Shown here: one piece after another, positions 37,487 through 51,320 of the stretch
Numbering within the stretch: position 1 is the first letter of the stretch
How the letters are laid out: each line of letters starts with the position of its first letter
Assembly: GCA_965153285.1 (NCBI GenBank)
Contig: OZ229115.1
DNA length: 64,000 nucleotides
Source: Podarcis tiliguerta
Lineage: Eukaryota
Reading direction: 5' to 3' (one strand)
The notes under the pieces: model-generated
The model's input: only the letters and a program-made list of their open reading frames with translations
The model's database searches: none
Told to the model about the DNA's origin: nothing
Made by a program: the position numbers and the translations under genes

Positions 37487-40400
37487 GCCTAGGAGCTCAG
37501 AGGCCAGGGTTCAAATCCTCACTCAGCCATGAAACTTACTGAGTGGCCTTGGGTCAGTCACTGTTTCTCAGCCTCACTTATCTCACAGGGTTGTGAGGAT
37601 AAAATGGGGAGGGAGAGGACCTTGTGGCAATGGTCAGGACTTATTGGAGAAAAGGTGTATTTATAGGTAATACAAATTATTAGAACCAATAGATGACAGA
37701 TCTAGAAAGAAGCTGTTATGATCACCAGTTAAATGGTTGCTGTGAGTGATCAGGCCAGTGTTTTCATCCTGTATACATTCAAGCTTTGCATAGAAACATC
37801 ACATGCAGAACTCTTGTTGTTTTTGCTGCAGCAGTAACCAAGACAACAAAGGGGAATAATCCCTGACCCAACAAAACTATGAAACCATGTAAGAGTCAGG
37901 AACAACAATATAATGCAAAAACATTTTGCTGCTTTACTCTCAGCGATATAAAATCAATCATTTTAAAATAAAACTGAGATGATTAAAATGTTAACATGTT
38001 ATTTACATTACTGTTGCACAACAGAGAGTAATAAACTAATCACCAATATACCTGGCGATCAGAGATTCCAGTTCAAAATTATGAATACATAGTACACCCC
38101 GCCCCCCAGTCATGATACATAAAAATTATTAAGAATGATCCATCTGTATGATACAAGTGTCAGAAACAAAGCGGAGACTTCTTTCACATGTGTTGGGATT
38201 CTAATTTGACCAACGCTTGAGGAAACTCAAAAGCCAAATAAATACTAATGACGGTATGAAATTCCTCTCCATCTGGTATTTTTCTTGCTAAATTATGTGG
38301 AAAGATCTGTGAATCTCACATATGTTAGCAGCTGCTAGAATATGATTTGCAAGGAAGCTGAAATTGTTTATGATACCTTCCATCAAATAATGGCAGGGCA
38401 AAATATAGGAATTTGCCATTGTGGCTTAAATAACACATTTTCTTGGATTTAGAGAACAAAAAAATACCCCTGTGATCTTTTTAATACGAAGGAATAATTT
38501 TATTGAATACTGTAAAAGAAATCATCTGGTGCCATATTTAATTTATGGTTTTACAATGTTCTAAGATTGCTCAGAATCTACAGTAAATTAGGATACTGCA
38601 ATCCATTTTTTGAGAACAAAAAAGGGCATTCAATTTTGCCTCCTCATTGGTGTTTCCTTTTGTGCATTGTTGAAGCTATCAAATGCTAATTTTGTAAGAC
38701 CTTCCTGTTATTGTTAATTACAAGATAATAACAATTAAAAACAATCTCTTTAAAAGTAGCACATTATTTACATTATTGCCTCAAGAGAGAATAATAAACA
38801 AATTACCAACATAACTGGTGAGTAGAGATTCCAAAGGCCAGAGGTGTTGCAACACTGTAGTCTTCTCCCAGTTCTGTCACCCTCCTGGGCTGTGATGCAC
38901 TTCACATTCCAATCTGTCACCTAACATAGGAGCCACCAACATTGCACCCATAGGTGTCAGTGTGCCCGCCAGTAGCTCCAACTGGTGCCTCTGAAAGTTC
39001 TCAGTAAATATTCCCTCAAAAATAAAAAAATGCACAGTGGTCTGCTTTCTCTTCCTGATCAGCTCCTGTTTGCACTGGCTTTGCCTCTCCTGCATTCAAC
39101 ATACCCCTTCAGATATGCCCACATTTCATTGGATTCAAGGACTGTGTACCCATCCTCACTTCCATCTGAACAGGTGAGAGGTGTAAAGAGCTCTGTGAGT
39201 GTGGCTGATGTAGGAGCCTTGCCCACATTGATGGTGGACCTTTTTGCGGTCCTGCCTCTTTTTCTGCTCTTTTAGATGCAGCAAAATGGGCATAGCCAAG
39301 GGGAGGGGGCAGGGAGGGGAAGCCCCCCCCCAATCAATAAAAATACATAGCAAATTGAGGTTTGGTCCCCCCTCCTAACAAAAGGCCTGTCCACCCCCAC
39401 AAAAATCCTGGCTACTCCCATGTGCAGCAGCCATTTTGTCTGATACCAAACCCCATACCCATCAACTGTCCTGGACCGGGACATCCTGTTTTTCCCTATG
39501 AGAGGACAGCGGTCATTTTGAGCACCACCATCCGACCCTGAAAATGTGCTTTTTTCAGGGCTGTGATCTTGCCACTTGCAGGAGTGTGCCCTGGAAGATA
39601 CCGCCCCCGTTTTTCATCACAGTGTGTTGGAGGGTATGATACCCCACAACAACAATTTGGTGTTAATGTCATGCCACTCATGACAGCCATTTTATGACTG
39701 GCACCACAACACTTTTTCAAAATTTCAAATGTACATAGTGCCCGCCACAACATTGGTGACCCGTGCTCTAACTAGTTTCTGTAAAGAATGCACAATCCCC
39801 ATTAGGGTAATTCCTCTATTAGGTCAATCAAGATGTCACAAAAGTGTGTGCAAGGTTTTAAGTTTTCCAGAACAGTTCAAGATAGTAAGCAAAGCAAGGT
39901 TCAGAGAGAGCACAAAAATCGGCTAACATTGTAATCTGTATTAGTCACAGTCTTAAGATGGAATTTGGAAGGAGGTAGCAGATATTCAGATGTGGATTTG
40001 ATTAGGTGCTATGCAGCTTTCTGATTGCACTGATCTGCTGGAAAGAAGAAAAGTTAAAATGGTAAATCTGTCATTTTAAAAAAATGCAATCCAGCTTCTA
40101 TTTCCCTAGTTAGTCATTAAGTAACAATAGCCAATCATATCTCTTCTATGCATACTGAGACTCATTCATTGTGATCAGATAACAGAGTTCTGGGAACTGT
40201 TCATCAATGGTTTTCTGGTAAGGTGGACACACACTTCTGCTTTGAATCAAACAGCAAGATGAGGAAACCTTGCTTAGAAAACAACCTGGACTTCAAAGCC
40301 ATAGCAACATCTGATTAAGGATAAAAATAGATACCTTGGATCAAGGTCAGGCCAATTAAAATCACCCTGACCCTAACTACAAAGCTTTGCACAAGAGGAT

Positions 40401-41516
40401 TGTGTGTGCTATAAACAATGGCATCCTTTGGGAATGTAGCACACACTATGCTGGCTCAGCAGAACAAATGCATTTAACGTGCAGCTGCAGTGCTTCTTTT
40501 CAAGAAAGTCATCATATATGCTAATAGCAAAATCAGTTCTCTGAGTTCTGCTCCTTATTGGGAGGAGCTAAATCTAAATGAACCAATGGCCTGACTTGGT
40601 AGAAGGCAGCCTCCTATTTTCCTGTGTAGCATTAAATGGCATAATTCACACCCAAAAGTATCAGTGCTATTAATGGGACTGCAGAAACTCCAAGTTTTGT
40701 AGTTGTACCATCCCCACCCAAAAAAAATTCTAAAATAAAACACTTAAACACAGTTTCTTGTTGTTTGTACTATTATATATATATATACATATACACACAA
40801 AGTATTAAATATATTTTTAAAGTAAATACTGTCATTCCATGCTGGCTGCAGTTTCCCAAAGAGAAGTTGGGAACAGAACAAAACAAAAGGAATTCCCACC
40901 CTGTTCCTGTTCAGGTAAACCTGAAAATGTTATAACAACGTTGGCAGAAACAGTCAGACTCTGTTTGGCAGCCTACCTTCTGCCTCCATTTTAATTTATT
41001 TTAAGATAAAAAATGAGTACAAAATAGCCTGGCTTAAACCCACACAATTTGTTTCCTGCAACATGCTTGTTAGATGTATGCTTTTCCTGGGGTCAGAAAG
41101 TTAACCTTCACCAGGCATATGGAGGCTGAAAACTGATAAAGGGTTCATCCATTGGTAAAGTCTCTTCTTCATGAAACATAAACCTCTCAGAGTCCGACAG
41201 GCTTTCTTAATCTGTGTGTACTTTCACATGCGAGTCTTAAAAACAAGAATAGAAGGCAGCCCCTGGTGGATTAGCCCAAAGGCCTATTTAATCCAATATC
41301 CTGTTTCCCACAGGCCCACATGTGAAGATCACAAGCAGCACAATAAGGGCCATATTTTTCTCTAGCTTTCGATCACCCAGGAACTGGTAGTATTCAGATG
41401 CATGTTGTCTCTGATTCTGGTGGTAGCATATGGCCATCTTGGATGCTTCAAGCCTGGTAGATCCCAGCACTGCTAATCATTGTTTTTTAGCTATAAGCAA
41501 AAGGTGCATTTGCAGT

Positions 41517-41534
41517 CAGTAAATATTGTGCTTT

Positions 41535-41578
<44 letters not shown>
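41517..41578 (+). repeat. (GT)n microsatellite
   Basis: Direct reading. Confidence 0.95.
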
Positions 41579-41580
<2 letters not shown>

Positions 41581-42329
41581 CTCATTATTTGCCACCCACA
41601 TCTATGGTCATGACATGGCCCTTTCTTCTTTTCCATAGCAGGGAAAACTGATGCTATCTCCTAGAGCACTCTTGGGCAATCCTCTGCCTACCAGATAAAC
41701 AAGCTTATCAATTCAGCAATCAGAAAATGCTCTCGGTTAGTGAGGAAAGAGCTTAAACGCAAGCCTGGGTACAGATGACACACTGAGCAACCGCCTCTGC
41801 ACACTTGACCTCTTTATGTGCAGCGCACTGCAGAGAGTATCTCATTCACTTCCTCTCTCACCTGCACTCTGCCTCAGGTTAGTTGGGTGGATTGGGCCCA
41901 ATGAATTTTGCAAGTTAAGAAATTTAAAGTTCACTTCTGTTGTTTGGTCATAATGAGGATGGGCAGGTATAAGGACTCGTGATGGGAGTCTGCACTCCTA
42001 TATTGGGGCATCCGCCAGTTAGACCAGGGACCACATTTCCTTGTCGACAGCCTTTGGCAAAGGGCTCATGTGGTGGACATGGTCAAAACAAAAGTGGGCG
42101 TGTCCAAAATGGGCATGGTTGTATCTCGTACTGAATGGGGCCAGCACACACACCACACACACACACACACACACAAACACACACAGTGCAACATATCCCT
42201 CACATACACATTCACATAAGAAGAGCCTGCTGGTCCAGGCAAATGATCCATCTAATCCACATTCTGCTTTCACAGTAGCTGGCTAGATGCCTTCAAGCAG
42301 GACCTGAGAACAACAAGTAAGAATAAGAA

Positions 42330-43065
42330 TAATTTATAACCTGCCCATCTGGCTGAGTTTCCCCAGCCCCTCTGGGCGGCTCCCAACAGAATATTAAAAA
42401 CACAATAAAACATCAAACATTAAAAACTTCCCTAAACAGGGCTGCCTTCAGATGTCTTCTAAAAGTCAGATAGTTGTTGATTTCCTTGACGTCTGATGGG
42501 AGGGTGTTCCACACGGCAGGCGCCACTACCGAGAAGGCCCTTTGCCTGGTTCCCTGTAAACTCACTTCTCGCAGGGAGGCAGGGGTGTAGGAAGGGGGGG
42601 AGGGGACAGGTTGCCTCAGGTGCCATTCTGGGAGGGGTGACAAGATGGCCCCTGCCTAACTGTAGACTGGCCAAGGGCACGCACAGTCCGTATGGGCTGC
42701 TGCTCTCATGTGCCGTCCGTACAGGATGCCGCTCGCGGTGCAAGTGGCAGCCCATACAAACTGTGCATTTGCAGCATCCCGTACGGTCGCCACACATGCA
42801 CAGTCCATATGGAATGCCGCTCGCACAGCAGCCCATACGGCCGCCGTGCAAGCAGCAGCCCGTACGGAGTGCGCATGTGCGGCATTCCGTACGGCGTGCG
42901 CATGCGCGGGATGCCGCACATGCGCACTCCGTACGGGCTGCCCTGCCCCTGGTGCTCGAGAGGGTTCCTCCACCACTGCAGGGAGGAAACCGCCAGAAGG
43001 CCCTCAGAGCTGGACCTCAGTGTCCGGCCTGAATAATCGGGGTGGAGATGCTCCTTCACGTATCC
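42330..43065 (-). mobile_element. L2-clade LINE 3' end, split by a GC-rich insertion
   Basis: RAFSVVAPAVWNTLPSDVKEINNYLTFRRHLKAALFREVFNV plus 3' UTR; related 3' ends at about 5000-5230, 24770-25070 and 61375-61790 on +. Confidence 0.8.
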
Positions 43066-43489
43066 CTCATGCGGTGGTTTCCAGCAGCTGGTATTCAGAA
43101 GCACTACTGCCCGTACCGTGGAGGCAGAGTAGTTCCATTGCAGCTAGTAACCACTGATAGCCTTATCCTCCTTGAATTTGTCCCATCCGCTTTTAAAGGC
43201 CACCACCACCTCCTGCGGCAACAACTTCCAAAGTTTTAACTATGTGCTGCATTTTAAAAAATGCTTTCTTTTATCTGACTTGAATTCTCCGACATTCGGC
43301 TTCGCCGGATGTCCGCGTGTTTTGGTGTAATGAGAGAGGGAGAAAAGCAATTAATTTCCCTGCCCACTTTCCCTAGGCCATGCATAATTCTGTCAACTTC
43401 TGTCAGGTTACCTCACCTTTTGTCTAAACTAAATTGTCCTGCGAATATATGCTGCCACACATAGCCCTCTCTCAGTCTCCTTCCTCCCT

Positions 43490-43491
<2 letters not shown>

Positions 43492-43562
<71 letters not shown>
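43492..43562 (+). repeat. (CT)n(CA)n compound microsatellite
   Basis: Direct reading. Confidence 0.95.
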
Positions 43563-44314
43563 ATACATTTTTCACTTTACCAGGCTTGAAAAAGGCTCCT
43601 ATTGGAAGTAACTGGAGTCTTTCCCCAAGCCTAAATGTACCATTGTGGGGCATTTTCAGCAGGGTTAACGCTCCCTTATTGGCTACAGTAGGAGGCCTTT
43701 TTCTAGCCTATTCGCAGTGGTAGGTGGAGGAGAAGCTTTGGGCTGGATGGGGAAGCTCCATTGGCCCACTGCCCAGTGGTTCTTCTAGGGACCAAAGGTT
43801 TGTCTCCTTAGAGTGTAACTTCCTGCATTTCTAATGAATCTGTCAGTATCTGTGCCAAGCAGCCATTAGAGGGCACTATGCGCTTGCTGAACTGGCTGCA
43901 AATCAGGCATGTTCCACACAGGCCAGCCCCCTTTGCCACCACATAGTCATATTTTATTCTCCACAGGAGGCTCTCTGGCTTTCTTGTTCAAATAAATGTT
44001 CCGACCTCTTTTGGGAATTGCATGGGTCTTCAAGTCAAGCTCTGTGTAGCCAAGGTGCTGTATACGTTCCGGAATACAGCACAGGAAATTCGGCACATTG
44101 CTGACTGTTCTAGGGGCTTGTGGAGGTGCATTATGCCATGGCATTATGCCATGCTGTGGCTGGTTCCATAAGAACTGTGGAACTGCAGGGAACCCTGGAG
44201 GTCATCCAGTCCAACCCCCAGCTATCTTTCCCCACAGATTTTAGCTCAAACAGACTTAAAAGGAATGATAGATGAGAACAGGGGTTTTATTGACTTGTAC
44301 ACTAAGTACACTAA

Positions 44315-44684
44315 GCGCTGTGGTCTAAACCACTGAGCCTCTTGGGCTTGGCGATCAGAATGTCGGCAGTTCGAATCCCCGCGACGGGGTGAGCTCCCAT
44401 TGCTTGGTCCCAGCTCCTGTCAACCTAGCAGTTTGAAAGGACGCCAAAAGTGCAAGTAGATAAATAGGTACTGCTCTGGCGGGAAGGTAAACAGCATATC
44501 CGTGTGCTGCTCTGGTTTCGGTGTTCCGTTGCGCCAGAAGTGGCTTAGTCATGCTTGCCACATGACCCAGAAAAACTGTCTGCTGACAAACACCAGCCTC
44601 CTCGGCCTGTAAAGTGAGATGAGTGCTGCAACCCCAGAGTCGTCTGCGACTGGACTTAACTGTCAGGAGTCCTTTACCTTTTTT
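44315..44684 (+). mobile_element. Sauria SINE, variant subfamily
   Basis: Same body and tail; TSD tacactaa at 44307-44314 and 44685-44692. Confidence 0.9.
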
Positions 44685-45092
44685 TACACTAACTTTATTG
44701 CATACTGCCTTGGTATTTTTTATGAGCTTATAAACGTTTTTGTAAATAAATATTCTTATAAATATAACTGTTTTATCTATGCATGGGCTTACCTCAGTTT
44801 TACCTTCTTGCATATTTTGCTACTTTATATTGGCTGCATTATAGGGTTGCCATATTTTAAAAAGTAAAAACCAGGGCACCCCGAAAGTTGTGCTTTTTTC
44901 AGGAAGACCTCAGAATTGTTGAGCTTTTCTTTAGGAAACCACCAAAATTGTTGAGCTTTTAGGAAAACCTAAAAATTTTAAAAAAACAAAACCGAAAGAC
45001 AATTTTTTGATTGACTTGTCTAAGATCTAGGACAAAGCGCCACATTTCAGAAATTCCCCTCGAACATCAATTCCACCTTTGAAATCCCAGTT

Positions 45093-45359
45093 GAGAGCCA
45101 GTGTGGTGTAGTGGTTAAGAGTGGTAGTCTCGTAATCTGGGGAACCGGGTTCGCGTCTCCGCTCCTCCACATGCAGCTGCTGGGTGACCTTGGGCTAGTC
45201 ACACTTCTTTGAAGTCTCTCAGCCCCACTCACCTCACAGAGTGTTTGTTGTGGGGGAGGAAGGGAAAGGAGAATGTTAGCCGCTTTGAGACTCCTTAAAG
45301 GGAGTGAAAGGCGGGATATCAAATCCAAACTCTTCTTCTTCTTCTTCGTCTTCTTCTTC
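45093..45359 (+). mobile_element. Squam3-like SINE
   Basis: Near-identical to the 36451 copy; (CTT)n tail. Confidence 0.8.
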
Positions 45360-45641
45360 AGTAATGTCCGTGATTGTGTTGCAAGTGTGGGCTGTCAGAT
45401 GACATGCATATGTTTGCTCATGTGAGAATGCTTGATTGGTGAGTGTGAAAATGTGTTCTCTTCTTGCTGCCATAGACAGAATATTTCACTTGTAAAATAA
45501 CCCCCCTTGCTTTGCTACCACAGATATATATAGTGCTATGATTCTAGAAAATAAAGTTTGGGGCACAGAGTGTGATTGCAGCTATCCTCCAGTGTTAGTG
45601 TGGATGTTGTGTGCTCACCTTTCCACCAATGGAGAGGGGTG

Positions 45642-45672
<31 letters not shown>

Positions 45673-47990
45673 ACAAAACCTGTGTGTGAGATTTCATCAA
45701 CCTTGTTAGCAGCTGCAGGGGCTACTTCAGGAGAGGTGGTTAACTTGTAAAAATCGCAGAGGCTTGACTTCTCCTGCTGACTTGAGGTTCCAGAGGAGAC
45801 AGATTGCTGCCGTTATGTTTTCTGCTTTTAAAAGTACAGTGCCGTTGTATTTTCGTTGGACATGATGCATGGACTCGCTTTGACTGTGGGCAGAGCAATC
45901 CAAACCCAACAGGGCATGGCAGAGTTTCTGAGACACTGCTGCATCTTCAGTCCTGTTGCTCACACTGCCCAAGGTGGGGGGAGAGGCAAATTGTTGCATG
46001 TGTCTGGATTTGAGTCTGCTGTCGCAGGATCCAGTCTATCACAGGCAGGCTTCAACGCTCCCCATCACCAGAATGCCCCACTTGGGTGGTGCTCTCACCT
46101 GTCAGTGAGTTTGGTGGGCAGAATGGGGATCTCTACGCCTGCAGGGTGATGCTGGTACCACTCACTGGGCTGAAGTCAGGAGAGCAAGGCGCAGGGACAT
46201 CTCCAGCCAGTCCAACTCCCTTGCAACCCATTGCAAAGGGGGTTTGGATTGTAGTCTTAAAGTGTTCAATACAGATGGCTGCTATAGCAATTGCTACACT
46301 TGGCAGACTGCTACTGAATACTGCCCGGTATCCACAGCCGCCTGTGACAAGCCAGTTCAGCATCAGAGGAGTGCAGTGGGAAAAGGCATCAATCTCAGAG
46401 GACTGCATGTTCAAATCTTTTTCCCCCCAGCTCTTACATGACATATGAAGTGTCACAAAACAACCAGACAAAGCACTTATAGAACCTGTTTCAATGTGCT
46501 TTGCATAGTACAAGAACTTTGTAAATTAAGCCAGGATTATTTCCCCTACAACTGCAGAAAATAAGTCAAGTTTTTGTGTGTGTGTATTTTCTTTTGCTTT
46601 GAAAGGCAATGATACCTATTTCTTGCAGCTGAGATTTTCTCAGTCCTTGAATTGTTGGCTGTTGCTGTGTCAGAACTCTAAAACTGTTTGTCTTGCGTGT
46701 GTGGATGTTGGCAAAAGAGTCAATTGTCGAGAATCTGGAAACAGATCATTAGGGAGTCAGCTACCTCGGTTTGTGGACGACTGGCTGTCTCTCATGAAGT
46801 TGGCACTCCTCTTGATCATTCCTCAACCATGATGCAAGTCTAGGCTAAAATAAGCTTCCCCCCAGGGTCCACAAGAAAGCTTGGGTTCAGGGAAAAGGTA
46901 AGTGACTGGGGATAGTGTTGCTTCAACACCAATGTTCCTTCATTTTTGGGAATGAATGAATCCACTGGGGTCAAGTTTGCAGCACATCCTGAATGACACA
47001 TAGTTTATTGGGCAAAAACATTAAGAGTTAAGGAAACCTCAACTTGTGGACACAGAATTTTTAATTTCCATTGAAGACCAACCTCTCTGGGGCTGAAAGT
47101 GGGATTTGGCAGCCATTGGCAACATTTTATTAGGATTAGAGTAACTTCCCCTTCCAAACCCATGTGAAGCAGCCAGAGGAACTCAGAGTGTGCATTTGTC
47201 ACAGAGTGTACATTCCTAAGGATCCAAGGTTACTGTGATCCCCGTGACATTTATATCTGGCTGTACAGATTGCTTTGCATGCAGAAAGTCCCATGTTCAA
47301 CCCCCAGCTTCTCCAGGTATGGCTGGGAATGTCGACTTGCCAGAAATCCTGCAGATCCACTGACAGTCAGTGTGGACAATACTGAGCTACATGGACCTAG
47401 ACTCAGTATGTTCTATGTTCTTATGCAGGGTGCATTTGCCACATTTATATATGCACACACAACACGGTGCTATGGGCAACTACTTCTGGCTGCAGCTTCC
47501 TTTTATTAGGAAGATTGCTGGCTAATTGCTCAGGATGCCTGGTTGATGTTTATGCAAAGGGAAAGGCTATGTGAAAGTAACACACTGCCTCAGGAACTGA
47601 TCCTAGGTCTCTCTGTGTGAAAAACCAGCTTTTTAGACAGCAAGCATGCTCATAGCAAGCTGCAGGGCCAGCCCTACCATTAGGTAGAGTGGGACAATTG
47701 TCTCTGATGATAGGTGCTAGGGGATAGCAGCAGCAGCAGCAGCCTGCTGGCTGTTCCTCCTGAGCCCCCAGGCATTCTCCCCTGTGGGAGCATAGAACTG
47801 TGTGTGCTGGGCAGTCTTTCCTGCACCCCTGTCACTAGATTGCTTTCCTCAGGTGTGCTGTAGGATAAGGCTACAAGTAAGATTCAACTGGCAGTCTAGT
47901 CTGCTTCTCTGCATGGAATGGGAATAGAGTGAGGTGTCATCTTGTCCTTTGCCTCAGGCTGCAAAATATCTTGGGCCGGCCATGGGAACC

Positions 47991-48241
47991 TGTGAGGTCT
48001 GGAAGAATCTTGGGGTGTCAAATCCCTCTCTGGAGATCTGAAGTGTGGCACTGGATCTGCTCCCTTCTTGAATTCCTATATTCTGACTTCCACCTGTGCT
48101 CTGCTTCCATATTTGTAAATAAATCAAATATAGTTAAAAAGCAATATGTCTCTAGTGATCTCTCCTCCAAGAAGGAGCCATGCCCTGATAGCCGTGCCCT
48201 GGAACTTCTTACTGCTTGGGGGAAGTGGGGAGCGTATAACA
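47991..48241 (+). mobile_element. Possible solo LTR remnant
   Basis: TG...CA ends with internal AATAAA; no TSD found. Confidence 0.35.
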
Positions 48242-49535
48242 GTGTTATAGGTATACCTGAAATATGGCTTTAAAATAGGCATGGGGAACCTGTGGCTCAC
48301 GAGATGTTTTGGGCTCTAGGTCCTATCAACTCCCAGTGTCCCTGCCATGCTCGCTGGGACTGATAGGATCTAGAGTCCAAAAGCATATCACAAGCCAACG
48401 GTCCGCATGCCTATTTCTCCTGTTTCACTGCAAAGGATTAGACTAGATTACCCCCCAACTCTATAATTCTATTATTTTCTATAATCACAACCTGTAAGGC
48501 TAAGCTTTCCCAGTCTGATATTACAGTCTCATAGCTTTGCTGCTCATAGCCATCATTCACAGGGCATTTGAAGCACTGTCAACAACAATCTCTGAAGAGT
48601 GGAAAGTCAGCTGGACTCCCAGGTCTCTCTGATGAGCTGCTAACTGCACTTCAGAGCCAACAGGACTCCAGGATCTCTTCAACTATTTTACGGGCATAAC
48701 ATTCAGGCCATGCAGAGAGGCCAAAGTGGCAAACCACATAGAGACCTAAACATTTCAGAGTGTTGCCACCCAGTGTTTTTACAGGGGTCGGTTTATGAGC
48801 CATCGGTCAGCACTTATTATAACCGCTTTATGACCTCTTTGGTACTTGGTCGTATAAACACACCAAGATGGAATTAATAACATCGCATCACACAAGGCTG
48901 TTATTTTAGGCTGTAGGGTAGGTTGTGGGCAGGCATAACTGTTGCACTGCTAGAGTCCAGTTATGTACTTGAGGTCAGATAAACCATTCATGGGGGTAAA
49001 AATGTGCTCCTAAATAACTTGAGTGGTCGAGGTGGGAAGAGCTTGAAGCCGAAGGAGGAACATCTCTCTCCCTTATTTCAGCATGCAACCTGGCTTGGTA
49101 TGGGCAGCCCAACTATTTCACTGGATCAGGGAGAAGCATTTGCTGTGTAACCATTAGCATTAGGCAGGGTCAGCCCAAGACAATTTGGCATCTGAGGCAA
49201 GCCACAAAATGGCGTCCCCTTCCACCCAGGGAAGAAGGGGTGAGCGAAGATCTACACATGACAAGTGGGGAAATAAAGATCTATATTGGGAACAAGGGTG
49301 GCAGGAGACCAGCAGTGCCTCCTATACTATAGAGGTGGCCTTGAGGGAGGCTGCTAAGGAGGCAGAAGATCTGGCCTCCAAGGAACATGCCTCAACTCTT
49401 CCTGCCAATCATTCCTTGAAGGCCGGATCTGCTTCCCCTGTGAATCTTGCCGCCTGAGATGGTCGCCTCACCTTACATCATGAGTGGGCCGGCCTGGTAT
49501 TATTGTAGTCATTATTGGAAAAATGGGTCTTTATA

Positions 49536-49892
49536 GGAACGCAGGTGGCGCTGTGGGTTAAACCACAGAGCCTAGGACTTGCCAATCAGAAGGTCAGCGG
49601 TTCAAATCCCCGTGACGGGGTGAGCTCCCGTTTCTTGGTCCCTGCTCCTGCCAACCTAGCAGTTCGAAAGCACGTCAAAGTGCAAGTAGATAAATAGGTA
49701 CCACTCCAGCGGGAAGGTAAACTGCATTTCCGTGCACTGCTCTGGTTCGCCAGAAGCTGCTTAGTCATGCTGGCCACATGACCCGGAAGCTGTACGGCAG
49801 CTCCCTCGGCCAATAAAGCGAGATGAGCGCCGCAACCCCAGAGTTGGCCACGACTGGACCTAATGGTCAGGGGTCCCTTCACCTTTACCTTT
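49536..49892 (+). mobile_element. Sauria SINE
   Basis: Full head and (ACCTTT)n tail; high similarity to the 13245 and 53248 copies. Confidence 0.9.
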
Positions 49893-50040
49893 ATAGTGGT
49901 CTTTATGAACCACTATGCCTAGTGGGCTTTATAACCTATTGCTAGTCTGCATGGTGCTACCCTAAACGTGCATGTTATAGAACTTGAAATTGCACCCCTC
50001 AGCTTTTTGGTGGGGAGATGAAAACACGGCAGGGGTGAAA

Positions 50041-51320
50041 GGACTAAATTCACCTCTGGATCCCTCTCTGGAACACCTGGTTGGCATTCTGCTGATTTCC
50101 TAAAAGGGATCCTGGCAGCTAGATCAGGACAGGAACCATGTGCATGGTGCTTGGGCCAGAATTTGAGTTACTTTGGCTCCAAAAGTTCCTCAGGCATGCA
50201 GCATACTCTGCCCTGAGCACAGGGCGCCATTGGAGCAGCCCCACCCCTTTCAAGTGGCTCAGAATACAATCCAGATCTGGTAGTATTTGCTTTATGTGCC
50301 GAAGTTTATTTCTTGTAGCTGCAAGGAGTGCAAAGAGGGGCCAAAAAGGTGGAAGATAGAAGCAAACAGGAACTAGGCAGGTTCCCTTCGTGGCTATTTT
50401 TAAATGCTTCAAACAGCTCCAGCTGGCCCAAATTTAGAAAGGAAAACAGAGGGCTTCCTCCCTTTCCTTTCAGCTATTTCCCAGCATGTGTTTTTATGGT
50501 CCAATGGGAAGAGGGGAGAGAGAGAGGACAGAGGAATGCACTTCATTGGCAAATGAACACCCAGCCGCATCCTTGCCATCCATCCATCAAAGTTAGTAGA
50601 GCAGGCTATGAAAGAGCCTTGTCATAAACTCCTGGATATCACATTCTAGTGCCTGTTAGGGTCCATCTTCGGCCTCAAACCAATAGCTGCCCCTTCTTCT
50701 TCCAGGTGTGCTGTACTTTGCTTTGCTAAATAATGTCCAGTCTGGAAGCACACTTTCAGGTTGGACAACACACTTTTTGCAGAAGTTCCCTGGCTCCATC
50801 CCTAACATGGTCAATAAGGCTCAAGTGCCCCACAGTTGCCAGGCCCAGGGAGACCAGACTGATGCCTCTCCAGGTGTTGCTGTTGTCTGTGGGCCTCCTG
50901 TGATGTCACAAAAGGACATGGTGGTTGAGGGGAAAGAGGGTCTCCCCCTGTGACTGGGCCACCCCTAGATCTCAGGAGCTTCCCAGAATCTCAGGTTCTG
51001 GGAGGCTCCTGATCTGGCAACCTTATTTGTCACTCATATGCTGAAATGATCATATTCTGAGCCACCTGAAAGTGATGTGTCTGTTCCAAGAGCTCCCTGT
51101 GCTCAGGGTTTGAAGCTGAAGTAATTCAAATTCTGGCCCAAGCACCATGCACATGAATCACATAATTATAGAGTTGGAAGGGACTCGAAGGGTCATCTAG
51201 TGCAACCCTGTCCAATACAGCATGGTTCCTCCCCTGATCTAGCTCTCAGCATCCCTTTTAGGAAATGAGCATAATGCTAACCAGGTGTTCCAGAGCGGGA
51301 TCTAGAGGTGGATTTAGGCT
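50041..51320. repeat. Long diverged inverted repeat pair, probable old DNA transposon
   Basis: 50041-50195 is reverse-complementary to about 51100-51320; the right arm is interrupted by a CR1-tail fragment. Confidence 0.7.

Noticed and set aside
42660-42945. Repeat-spacer-like palindromic array resembling CRISPR
   Set aside because: Vertebrate context, no unique spacers of constant length and no cas genes; it is a minisatellite.
45727-46513. Cluster of overlapping Cys-containing ORFs, considered as CCN5/WISP2 exons
   Set aside because: No IGFBP, VWC or TSP1 cysteine spacing and no matching signal-peptide exon.
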